46,207 bases of DNA from Methylobacter sp. (GTDB taxonomy: Bacteria > Pseudomonadota > Gammaproteobacteria > Methylococcales > Methylomonadaceae), in NCBI GenBank assembly GCA_041661895.1, contig JBAZTN010000001.1, positions 1 to 46,207 on the forward strand, read 5' to 3'. The position numbers were made by a program, and so were the translations under genes. Each line of letters opens with the position of its first letter. Positions within the stretch are counted from its first letter, which is position 1. The notes under the pieces are model-generated. The model saw only the letters and a list, made by a program, of their open reading frames with translations. It was not told where the DNA came from and made no database searches. Shown here piece by piece: positions 32,458-40,723 of the stretch.

Positions 32458-32952
32458 GCGTTTCAGTCCATTCAATGGACACTTTGCAACCAGATCGGCA
32501 ATACCACCCTTTCCGGGCACGACCAGTTGTGGAGCAATTTCATACAAGGGGTACAAGACAAAAGATCTTTCGGCAATGCCTATATGAGGCACTGTTAAAT
32601 CAGGCATTTCAATTTTCTGATCGCCATAGATCAACAAATCCAGATCCAGGGTTCTTGCCCCCCAACGCTCACCTTTTCTTATCCGACCGTGATCATTTTC
32701 GATGTTTTGCAGCCTGTGCAGCAAATCCATCGGCGACAAGTCTGTTGCAATGCACATGACTGCATTGACATAATCAGGCTGATCTTGCGGCCCCATAGGC
32801 AAACTACGATATAAACTGGAAAACGCCAGCTCTTTCACTCCGGCTATTGCTACTATTGCAGTACGAGCTGATTTAATTTGCTCAGCAGGGCTCGCAAGAT
32901 TACTGCCCAAGCCTATATAAGCAGTTATCAGGTCAGTTTTGGAGATTTTCAT
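32449..32952 (-). CDS. folK: 2-amino-4-hydroxy-6-hydroxymethyldihydropteridine diphosphokinase
   Basis: AYIGLGSNL, QPDYVNAV, RWGARTLDLDLL, PH. Confidence 0.97.
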   Translation of the reverse strand: MKISKTDLITAYIGLGSNLASPAEQIKSARTAIVAIAGVKELAFSSLYRSLPMGPQDQPDYVNAVMCIATDLSPMDLLHRLQNIENDHGRIRKGERWGARTLDLDLLIYGDQKIEMPDLTVPHIGIAERSFVLYPLYEIAPQLVVPGKGGIADLVAKCPLNGLKRLD

Positions 32953-33012
32953 ATTATTCACATGGATGTGATACAGGCTGGTTTTGCATGAGCGAAAACC
33001 AGTCTAAACTAA
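32948..33012. repeat. Double-hairpin direct repeat, copy B (pcnB-folK junction)
   Basis: Direct repeat of 32395-32457. Confidence 0.9.
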
Positions 33013-33023
33013 TGACCGCTGCC

Positions 33024-34394
33024 TTAAGACTCTTTTCCTGCAACGCTATCCTTAACATTCTTACGATGACTCCTTTTTCTTCCTGGCTTTTTATTTGCCG
33101 GGTTACGAGGAGGTTGAGTCATTTTTCTTTGTTCTGTTTCACTGGCCGCTTGATATCTGGCCCACCACTCGGCCAACTCAGGATCAGCGCCTCCCGTCTC
33201 AGCGCGCAACACTAGAAAATCATAGCCCGCTCTAAAACGCGGATGCGTTATCAAGCGACTGGGTTTAGAGCCGAAGCGTGCATTAAATTTTGGCTGCAAG
33301 CTCCAGACTTCCCTCATTGCCATGCTGATATGGCGGGGGAGAGCGGTGCTTAAAATCTGTCTGGAAATAACTTCATTAGCAGCGTCCTGATAGGCCATGA
33401 ATTCAACTATGCCTTGCGCCATTTTTTGCTTAGCTCGTATCTGGACAGGCTCCCACAAGAAAGCCGCCAACAGGAAATACGCGGTAACTGTTTTGCCTTC
33501 AGCAATCCTGCTATCCGAATTTTCCAATGCTTTAATCAGAAGTAATCTTGGAAAGCCATTATCTTCAACTGCCAAACTGTTCTCTGTGGCAGGAAACAGC
33601 ACTTGAAAAAGCCCATAATGCCTGAGCATTTCAAATGTTTGCAACGCGTAACCGGATAAAAACAGCTTCAATGCTTCGTCATACAGCCGAGCCGAAGGGA
33701 TGCTGGCTAACAACTCGGCATCATTATGTATTGCTTTTTCGCAATCAGGATGCATATTAAAGCCCAGCTTGACGGCAAAGCGCACCGCCCTCAACATGCG
33801 CACAGGATCTTCACGAAAGCGCATGTCCGGATCACCGATAAGTCTGAGCGTTCCGGTTTTATGGTCGGCCATGCCACCGACATAATCCACTACCGAAAAA
33901 TCCTTTATATTGTAATAAAGTGCATTAACCGTAAAATCCCGGCGCCAAACATCTTCCTCAATAGTGCCGTAAACATTATCACGCAGCAGACGACCTTCCT
34001 TGTTGAGCACCTGCTTGTCATTTTGCGCCTCACCTGCACCTCGAAAAGTCGCAACTTCGATAATTTCTCTGCCAAAATGCACATGCGCCAAGCGAAATCG
34101 GCGACCAATTAAGCGGCAATTGCGAAATACTTTCCTGACTTGTTCAGGATCGGCATTGGTGACGACATCAAAATCCTTTGGTTCTCGCCCCAACAACAAA
34201 TCACGCACGCAGCCGCCAACAAGATAGGCATCAAAACCCTCTTTTTGCAGGCGATACAAAACCTTCAGTGCATTTTCACTAATCTGGGATCGTGAAATAT
34301 TATGTTCTGCACGCGAATAAATTTTGACTTGCGCTACAGTCGGCTCAGCCTTATTTTTAGCTGGCTTAATGATTTTTTTTAAAAAGTTTAAAAT
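33024..34394 (-). CDS. pcnB: Poly(A) polymerase I, probable ATT start
   Basis: LVGGCVRDLLLG, KDFDV, IGRRF, RRDFTVN, EDPVRMLR; the conserved EHNISRSQISENALKV lies upstream of the ORF-track TTG and the frame is open to ATT 34394. Confidence 0.93.
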   Translation of the reverse strand: MLNFLKKIIKPAKNKAEPTVAQVKIYSRAEHNISRSQISENALKVLYRLQKEGFDAYLVGGCVRDLLLGREPKDFDVVTNADPEQVRKVFRNCRLIGRRFRLAHVHFGREIIEVATFRGAGEAQNDKQVLNKEGRLLRDNVYGTIEEDVWRRDFTVNALYYNIKDFSVVDYVGGMADHKTGTLRLIGDPDMRFREDPVRMLRAVRFAVKLGFNMHPDCEKAIHNDAELLASIPSARLYDEALKLFLSGYALQTFEMLRHYGLFQVLFPATENSLAVEDNGFPRLLLIKALENSDSRIAEGKTVTAYFLLAAFLWEPVQIRAKQKMAQGIVEFMAYQDAANEVISRQILSTALPRHISMAMREVWSLQPKFNARFGSKPSRLITHPRFRAGYDFLVLRAETGGADPELAEWWARYQAASETEQRKMTQPPRNPANKKPGRKRSHRKNVKDSVAGKES

Positions 34395-34421
34395 GGTCTT
34401 TACATCCTGTTTATTATTTTA

Positions 34422-34430
34422 ATTATACCA
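34422..34430 (-). promoter_or_regulatory. Extended -10 promoter element for pcnB
   Basis: Minus strand TGGTATAAT (TGn-TATAAT) about 28 nt upstream of the ATT. Confidence 0.6.
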
Positions 34431-34623
34431 ATCATATCATTTCAATGAATTCTAGCTCAATCGGCAAGTTTCTTTTCTTTTACATTCCCCTTTTGGTTAT
34501 AGTAGAATCCTTACTCTGATTTTATGATTGATATTGATCATCATTGCATTTAACCAGATAAAAGATCAGACAACTATTTTTTAAACACTCACATTAAACA
34601 TTAGCGCACTTGACGGGATTGTT

Positions 34624-34803
34624 ATGTTCAAAAAGATTCTTGATGGCTTAATTGACCAACCTTTCTTAACCAGCCTTTTTGCAACAGACTTCTTCATTCT
34701 TCTGTTCCATAGACCTCCATTCTTATTTTCCCTTTTAATGATGGGAGCGCTGGTGGGGATGTGTATGTATTTTGGTCAAAAATTATCTATATTTAAAATT
34801 TAA
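34624..34803 (+). CDS. Small membrane protein of unknown function (59 aa; below ORF-track cutoff)
   Basis: MFKKILDGLIDQPFLTSLFATDFFILLFHRPPFLFSLLMMGALVGMCMYFGQKLSIFKI*; GGGA upstream; two hydrophobic segments. Confidence 0.7.
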   Translation: MFKKILDGLIDQPFLTSLFATDFFILLFHRPPFLFSLLMMGALVGMCMYFGQKLSIFKI

Positions 34804-34851
34804 TTGGCACGGCCAACAAATAATAAACCGCTAAAATCAGGTAATGACGCC

Positions 34852-35274
34852 ATGTCTGAACCTGGTTTTTTTCGCCGTTTGGCGGCGATTCTTTATGACC
34901 TGCTTCTACTGATTGCCCTCTTATTTGTTGCAACGGCCCTGTTGCTCCCTTTAAATGCTGGCGAAGCTTTCACTACCCAACAATTCTTTTACCCCTTTTA
35001 CCTGCTGATCATCAGCTTCTTGTTTTACGCTTGGTTCTGGACTCATGGCGGACAAACATTGGGCTTACGCGCATGGAAAATAAAAGTCCTAACGTTCGAT
35101 CTAAAACCAATCAACTGGAAACAGGCTTTGTTCCGTTTTGCTGGAGCCATACTATCTTGGGGAGTATTCGGACTAGGCTTCTTTTGGATTCTTATCGATA
35201 AAAATCATCGCAGCTGGCACGATAACTTATCTAAAACAGCGCTATTTTTTGACGATAAAAACACACCTCATTGA
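34852..35274 (+). CDS. RDD family membrane protein
   Basis: RRLAAILYD, GQTLGLRAWKIKV, WHD; start is ATG 34852 or TTG 34804. Confidence 0.92.
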   Translation: MSEPGFFRRLAAILYDLLLLIALLFVATALLLPLNAGEAFTTQQFFYPFYLLIISFLFYAWFWTHGGQTLGLRAWKIKVLTFDLKPINWKQALFRFAGAILSWGVFGLGFFWILIDKNHRSWHDNLSKTALFFDDKNTPH

Positions 35275-35552
35275 ATATTTAAACGTCCACGCCTCGCTCT
35301 GCAATGCTTGCGCTATTTTTAGGCCAGCCACCACATAGAACCAGCAAAAACTCCGCAGCCCCCCAACAACCTCTGCTTGAAAACTGTTACTATGCGAGTA
35401 AAAAGCTAGCATAATGTTACTTGCATTGCATATAAATTCCATGCCTGCTCATGCAACACTTAAAAATGACCAACTAAACCAAAACTTTTCACTGCATTTA
35501 TTAAATAAATGCGCATCAACGCTGCCATGAACTTTCATTCCTGATACCACTT

Positions 35553-37592
35553 ATGAATAATCCATTATTAGCAAACTCCACACTGCCGATGTTTTCCCAA
35601 ATACTGCCGGAACACATCGTACCTGCCATCGATCAACTGTTAGCTGAAGCCCGCACAGCTGTTGAGCAGCACCTTCAGGCTACGCAGACTTACACATGGA
35701 AAAATCTGATTGAACCACTGGAAAACGTTGAAGACCGGCTGAATAAAGCCTGGTCCCCGGTCAGTCACATGAATTCCGTGGTCAATAGCGATGAGCTACG
35801 AGACGCCTACAACGCCTGCCTGCCCAAACTCAGCGCCTACTCGACTGAAATGGGGCAAAACGAAGCCTTATTTAAAGCTTATCGCTTTATTGCCGAAAGC
35901 GATGAATTTACGACGCTGGACATCGCCCAACAAAAAATCATTCGCAACGCCTTGAGGGATTTCAGGTTATCCGGTATCGATCTGGATGATGAAAAAAAAC
36001 AACGCTACAAGGAAATTAGCCAGGAATTATCCAGCCTTGCCAGCAACTATGAAGAAAACCTGCTGGATGCAACCAATGCCTGGAGCAAGATCATCAGAGA
36101 CGAACAGGATTTGGCCGGACTACCCGAATCCGCACTGGCTCAGGCCAACCAGACAGCCGAGAGCCATGACGAAAGCGGCTGGATGATCACTTTGCAATTT
36201 CCGTCCTATATTTCGGTAATGACTTACGCCGACAACCGCGAATTGCGCCGCGAACATTATGAAGCCTTTGCAACCCGCTCTTCAGACCAGGGTCCGCACG
36301 CCGAACGCTGGGACAACAGCGAAATTATGGAAAAAATCCTGGCCTTGCGTCATGAAAAGGCCAAACTGTTAGGCTTCAACAATTATGCCGAGCTGTCGCT
36401 GGCCACAAAAATGGCAGAAAAGCCGGATGACGTCACCCATTTTCTGGAAGATTTAGCCGATAGATCCTGGCGGCATGCGCGCAAGGATCTGGCCGAATTG
36501 CGTGAATTTGCCAAGCGACACTACGGCATTAATGACCTGCAATCTTGGGATTTAGGCTATTACTCGGAAAAAATGCGCCAGCATTTTTACCAGCTGTCGC
36601 AGGAAGAAGTTAAAGCCTATTTCCCCATCACCCGCGTTTTGCCTGGCCTGTTTGCCATCGTGGAAAAACTGTACGGACTGCAAATATCCGAGCTTACCGG
36701 CTTTGACAGCTGGCACCCCGATGTGCGTTTTTTCGAGATTCATGACAAACACGGCCAGCTGCGCGGCCAGTTTTATACCGACCTTTATGCCCGCGCCAAA
36801 AAGCGCGGCGGCGCCTGGATGGATGACTGCGTAGGCCGCAAAAAATTCGATGATACGATTCAAACACCGGTCGCCTACCTGACCTGCAACTTCACTCCAC
36901 CGACTGGCGATACGCCTGCATTGCTGACGCATGACGACGTCACCACGCTGTTCCATGAGTTCGGCCACGGCCTGCACCACATGCTCACCCAGATTGACCA
37001 TCTGGGCGTCTCCGGCATTAATGGCGTTGAATGGGATGCCGTAGAACTGCCCAGCCAGTTCATGGAAAACTGGTGCTGGGAATGGGAAGCGCTGGCGCTG
37101 ATTTCAGGCCATTATCAAACCGGCGAACCATTACCTGATGCCTTGTTTGATAAAATGTTGGCCGCAAAAAACTTTCAGGCCGGCATGATTATGGTACGGC
37201 AACTGGAATTCAGTCTGTTTGATTTCAGAATTCACCGGGACTACGACCCTGAAAAAGGCGGTCGCATCTATGAAACGCTGGAACAGGTCAGAGAACAGGT
37301 TGCCGTTGTCCGTCCGCCAAAATTAAACCGCTTTGCCCACAGCTTTTCGCACATTTTTGCGGGTGGTTATGCCGCAGGCTATTACAGCTACAAATGGGCG
37401 GAAGTCTTATCAAGCGACGCTTTCTCGCTGTTCGAAGAAAAAGGCATTTTTGATCAGGAAACCGGCCACGCCTTTCTAACCAACATCCTTGAACGAGGCG
37501 GCAGTCAGAATGCAATGGAATTGTTTATCAAGTTCCGTGGTCGCAAACCCACCATCGATGCCTTACTCAGACATAACGGCATAGCGGCATGA
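35553..37592 (+). CDS. prlC: Oligopeptidase A (M3)
   Basis: [48 protein letters not shown]. Confidence 0.97.
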   Translation: MNNPLLANSTLPMFSQILPEHIVPAIDQLLAEARTAVEQHLQATQTYTWKNLIEPLENVEDRLNKAWSPVSHMNSVVNSDELRDAYNACLPKLSAYSTEMGQNEALFKAYRFIAESDEFTTLDIAQQKIIRNALRDFRLSGIDLDDEKKQRYKEISQELSSLASNYEENLLDATNAWSKIIRDEQDLAGLPESALAQANQTAESHDESGWMITLQFPSYISVMTYADNRELRREHYEAFATRSSDQGPHAERWDNSEIMEKILALRHEKAKLLGFNNYAELSLATKMAEKPDDVTHFLEDLADRSWRHARKDLAELREFAKRHYGINDLQSWDLGYYSEKMRQHFYQLSQEEVKAYFPITRVLPGLFAIVEKLYGLQISELTGFDSWHPDVRFFEIHDKHGQLRGQFYTDLYARAKKRGGAWMDDCVGRKKFDDTIQTPVAYLTCNFTPPTGDTPALLTHDDVTTLFHEFGHGLHHMLTQIDHLGVSGINGVEWDAVELPSQFMENWCWEWEALALISGHYQTGEPLPDALFDKMLAAKNFQAGMIMVRQLEFSLFDFRIHRDYDPEKGGRIYETLEQVREQVAVVRPPKLNRFAHSFSHIFAGGYAAGYYSYKWAEVLSSDAFSLFEEKGIFDQETGHAFLTNILERGGSQNAMELFIKFRGRKPTIDALLRHNGIAA

Positions 37593-39049
37593 AATACAAA
37601 GATCTGCGCGACTTTATCAATCAACTGGAAAAACAGGGTGAGCTAAAGCGTATTACTGTTGAAGTCGATCCGTATCTGGAAATGACCGAAATTTGTGACC
37701 GCACCCTGAAACAGGGCGGCCCCGCGCTGCTGTTTGAAAACCCCAAAGGTGCAAACATTCCGGTTCTGGCAAACCTTTTCGGTACGCCTCGCCGTGTCGC
37801 TATGGGCATGGGCGCAGAATCCGTTGATGAATTACGCAGCATTGGCGAGCTGCTTGCTTACCTGAAAGAACCCGAGCCACCCAAAGGCATGAAGGATGCC
37901 TGGGAGAAAATCCCTGTTTTCAAGCAGGTGCTCAACATGGCTCCTAAAGTGATCAGCTCACCGCCCTGCCAGGAACTGGTTCGGGAAGGCGATGAAATCG
38001 ATCTGGGCGACTACCCAATTCAGACCTGCTGGCCGGAAGATGCCGCGCCCTTGATTACCTGGCCTCTGGTGATCACCAGAGGCCCGAACAAGGAACGGCA
38101 GAATCTTGGCATTTATCGCCTGCAAGTTATTGCCAAAAACAAGGTCATCATGCGCTGGCTGGCGCACCGGGGCGGCGCTCTGGATTTCAAAGAATTCCAG
38201 ACCGCCCATCCCGGCCAGCCCTTCCCTGTTTCCGTTGCCTTGGGCGCCGACCCTGCAACCATACTTGCCGCCGTCACGCCGGTGCCGGACTCCCTGTCTG
38301 AATACGCGTTTGCCGGTTTATTGCGCGGCAGCAAAACGGAAGTCGCCAAATCGCTGATCAATGATCTGCAAGTTCCGGCCAGCGCTGAAATCGTTCTGGA
38401 AGGCTTTATCTATCCCGGCGAATTCGCCGCAGAAGGCCCTTACGGCGATCACACCGGCTATTACAATGAAGTCGCCGATTTCCCGGTATTCACTATCGAA
38501 AGAATAACCCAGCGCCAGGCACCTATCTATCACAGCACCTACACCGGAAGGCCTCCCGATGAACCGGCCATCCTGGGCGTTGCCCTAAATGAGGTATTCG
38601 TACCCATTTTGCAAAAGCAATTCCCGGAAATCGTCGATTTTTATCTGCCGCCGGAAGGCTGCTCCTATCGCATGGCTGTCATCAGCATGAAAAAGCAGTA
38701 TGCCGGTCACGCCAAACGCGTGATGTTGGGAACCTGGTCATTCCTGCGGCAATTCATGTATACCAAGTTTGTAATCGTCGTGGATGACGATGTGGATGTC
38801 CGCAACTGGCAGGATGTTATCTGGGCGATGACCACCCGCATGGATCCCGCCAGAGACTTGACCATACTCGAAAACACGCCAATCGATTATCTTGATTTCG
38901 CCTCGCCGGTTTCAGGCTTGGGCTCTAAGGTGGGATTTGACGCGACCAACAAGTGGCCGGGAGAAACTAACAGAGAATGGGGCAGACCAATCGTGATGTC
39001 GCCGGAAGTCATCAAGAAAGTGGATGAGATGTGGGATACTTTGTTTTAA
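37589..39049 (+). CDS. ubiD: 4-hydroxy-3-polyprenylbenzoate decarboxylase
   Basis: [36 protein letters not shown]. Confidence 0.97.
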   Translation: MKYKDLRDFINQLEKQGELKRITVEVDPYLEMTEICDRTLKQGGPALLFENPKGANIPVLANLFGTPRRVAMGMGAESVDELRSIGELLAYLKEPEPPKGMKDAWEKIPVFKQVLNMAPKVISSPPCQELVREGDEIDLGDYPIQTCWPEDAAPLITWPLVITRGPNKERQNLGIYRLQVIAKNKVIMRWLAHRGGALDFKEFQTAHPGQPFPVSVALGADPATILAAVTPVPDSLSEYAFAGLLRGSKTEVAKSLINDLQVPASAEIVLEGFIYPGEFAAEGPYGDHTGYYNEVADFPVFTIERITQRQAPIYHSTYTGRPPDEPAILGVALNEVFVPILQKQFPEIVDFYLPPEGCSYRMAVISMKKQYAGHAKRVMLGTWSFLRQFMYTKFVIVVDDDVDVRNWQDVIWAMTTRMDPARDLTILENTPIDYLDFASPVSGLGSKVGFDATNKWPGETNREWGRPIVMSPEVIKKVDEMWDTLF

Positions 39050-39097
39050 ATCAATGCGCAAGTAGATTGGCTGACATGGCAAGTTATCAACACCACT

Positions 39098-39190
39098 CGT
39101 CATTCCGGCAGGGACTCCGCCAGACTATCCTGCCTGACACCCTTCAGGTTAATGCAAATCTGTTCCAGACAGATTTGTGCCGGAGTCTGG
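39098..39190 (+). repeat. CGTC-type REP hairpin interrupted by a 60-bp insertion
   Basis: CGTC-ATTCCGGC-AGGGACT...GCCGGAGT; the arms pair once 39119-39178 is removed. Confidence 0.7.
39119..39178. mobile_element. 60-bp triple-hairpin element, copy 2
   Basis: 49/61 aligned positions identical to 5500-5560 by manual alignment (37 of the last 41). Confidence 0.75.
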
Positions 39191-39215
39191 AACACAGAGG
39201 GATGAGAAAACAGAT

Positions 39216-39248
39216 TCCTGGTTCCCACGGATTCCGTGGAAACCAGGA
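39216..39248. repeat. REP-like palindrome
   Basis: TCCTGGTTCCCACGG-ATT-CCGTGGAAACCAGGA (15-bp arms, one mismatch). Confidence 0.7.
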
Positions 39249-39436
39249 TATCCCCTCTCCTGCGGACTGTCACGGGGCGTAGCGCGCCGCAACTACATTC
39301 CTATGCGGCGAGCGGCATGACACACCTCCATCTTAGATATCTTTACAGATTAACCTTACGACAGAACGTTATGCTATGCCACTTTCCTAATTTAGAAGAT
39401 TGAGCATCGCGTTACTCACCGCGACATTGCAGGAGA

Positions 39437-39940
39437 TTAATTAAATTTACCATTAAATCTAGTCAGCGAACCTGATGCTGATGCTGAATATGGGGCAGCT
39501 GTAGTAACCAATACGCTTGCGTGATACGCTTTGGTGTCAGCGCGAGCGTTTCTGTTATCAGTGTGATCCAACACAATATAAAATTCTGAAGTTTCTGCAG
39601 GAGTAGAAGCAGGAGCAGAAGTGGGAAGATCCCAAGTCAACATACCTGTAGCGGTACAGGTAGCAGGATCTACTGTATATGTTCCATTACCTTTCCTTTC
39701 CGCACTATGCCCAGCTGCAGATCCAAATCCAACAATAGTAAAGTCGCCCTTTCCATTAAAGTTCGCTTGACCGACCACATGAGTACTCCGAGTAACAGTG
39801 CCCAAAACAGGAACCGGAAATGTATTGACCCCAATTACTTCATAACCATACCTTCCTTTTAAAGAACTTTCATCACACCCTGCCGCATAAGCTCCAGTTG
39901 AAAACAATGTTACTGCAGAAATTAAAATTATTTTTTTCAT
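39437..39940 (-). CDS. Secreted/periplasmic beta-rich hypothetical protein (167 aa)
   Basis: Signal peptide MKKIILISAVTLFSTGAYA, two Cys, Gly/Thr-rich predicted strands. Confidence 0.8.
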   Translation of the reverse strand: MKKIILISAVTLFSTGAYAAGCDESSLKGRYGYEVIGVNTFPVPVLGTVTRSTHVVGQANFNGKGDFTIVGFGSAAGHSAERKGNGTYTVDPATCTATGMLTWDLPTSAPASTPAETSEFYIVLDHTDNRNARADTKAYHASVLVTTAAPYSASASGSLTRFNGKFN

Positions 39941-40583
39941 TTGATTTATTTTTGATTTATTTTTGATGTGTTTATGATGGTTTATTTTATTTTTTTTACT
40001 ATACTGTACTTGACTTTTAAGTTCTCGTTACCTCCAAGTGAATTGTTTTTGTAGCGATTGAGTTAGTTCGTTGCTTTATTTCCGTCTTTTTTGAAAACAA
40101 AACGGCACCTGACACCAAAGTCTTGCCAATACACTAGAACGCTGAATTCCCTTTTTATATTACCCGTATTCTCACCGATAACGGGCTTGATTCTGAGCTA
40201 AGTTAGCATGGATAAAAAATGCAGTGGCGCACAATCATTATATAAAGCTTGCACCACAAACTTTATATAAATTCAAATTCGATAAATACGCTGCTCGATG
40301 ACCATTTTTTGTTTTGTTTCAGCGTTCAATATGGTCACTTTTTATAGCATAAGCCTGACAAAAAAAACGTGAAGCAGCTCTGATTATAATATTTTAATCA
40401 CAACATAGTCATGCTTTTATCACTTTTGAATAGCTGCTTATCATGGCATGACAGTTGTATTGTCACATACAAATTATTATATTGCCTTGATTGATCGCTG
40501 TTCTTTATCAAATTATCATCTCTGTTATAAATTAATCACATTCGCGGGGGGCGCTTTTTCACTGAAAGCTTTTCCATAGCCCA

Positions 40584-40656
40584 GTAGGGAACGCATCGCG
40601 TACCTTTATTGAATATGGGGGGTTGTTTGGAAAAACATACGCGATGCATACCCTAC
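40584..40656. repeat. Inverted REP pair (REPIN-like)
   Basis: GTAGGGAACGCATCGCGTACC (40584-40604) and inverted CATACGCGATGCATACCCTAC (40636-40656). Confidence 0.85.
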
Positions 40657-40674
40657 ATAAGTAATATTATCTGC

Positions 40675-40709
40675 GTAGGTTGAATTGGTATTGTTCCAAC
40701 CCAACCTAC
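40675..40709. repeat. GTAG...CTAC REP-like hairpin just downstream of hemY
   Basis: GTAGGTTG...CAACCTAC terminal inverted arms. Confidence 0.7.
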
Positions 40710-40723
40710 CATATAGCGACTTA

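Noticed and set aside
32395-33012. folK-flanking repeats as a CRISPR array or composite transposon
   Set aside because: Only two copies about 550 bp apart around a housekeeping gene; no cas or transposase gene
35242-35442. 66-aa minus-strand ORF between RDD and prlC
   Set aside because: No SD, overlaps the RDD 3' end, no recognisable motif; cannot be supported
36100-39049. Apparently higher GC in prlC-ubiD suggesting horizontal transfer
   Set aside because: tldD and other conserved genes look similarly GC-rich by eye and there are no mobility marks; not quantified
39031-39282. 83-aa ORF after ubiD
   Set aside because: It is read-through of REP and nested-element DNA, with no protein-like features
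40095-40190. Cobalamin-riboswitch-like fragments on the minus strand (CGGTGAGAAT, AAAAGGGAA, AGGTGCC)
   Set aside because: The fragments are in the wrong order and no B12 box is visible; an Rfam scan would settle it
40444-40460. Sigma54-like TGGCATGACAGTTGT
   Set aside because: Has GT instead of the conserved -12 GC and points toward no gene
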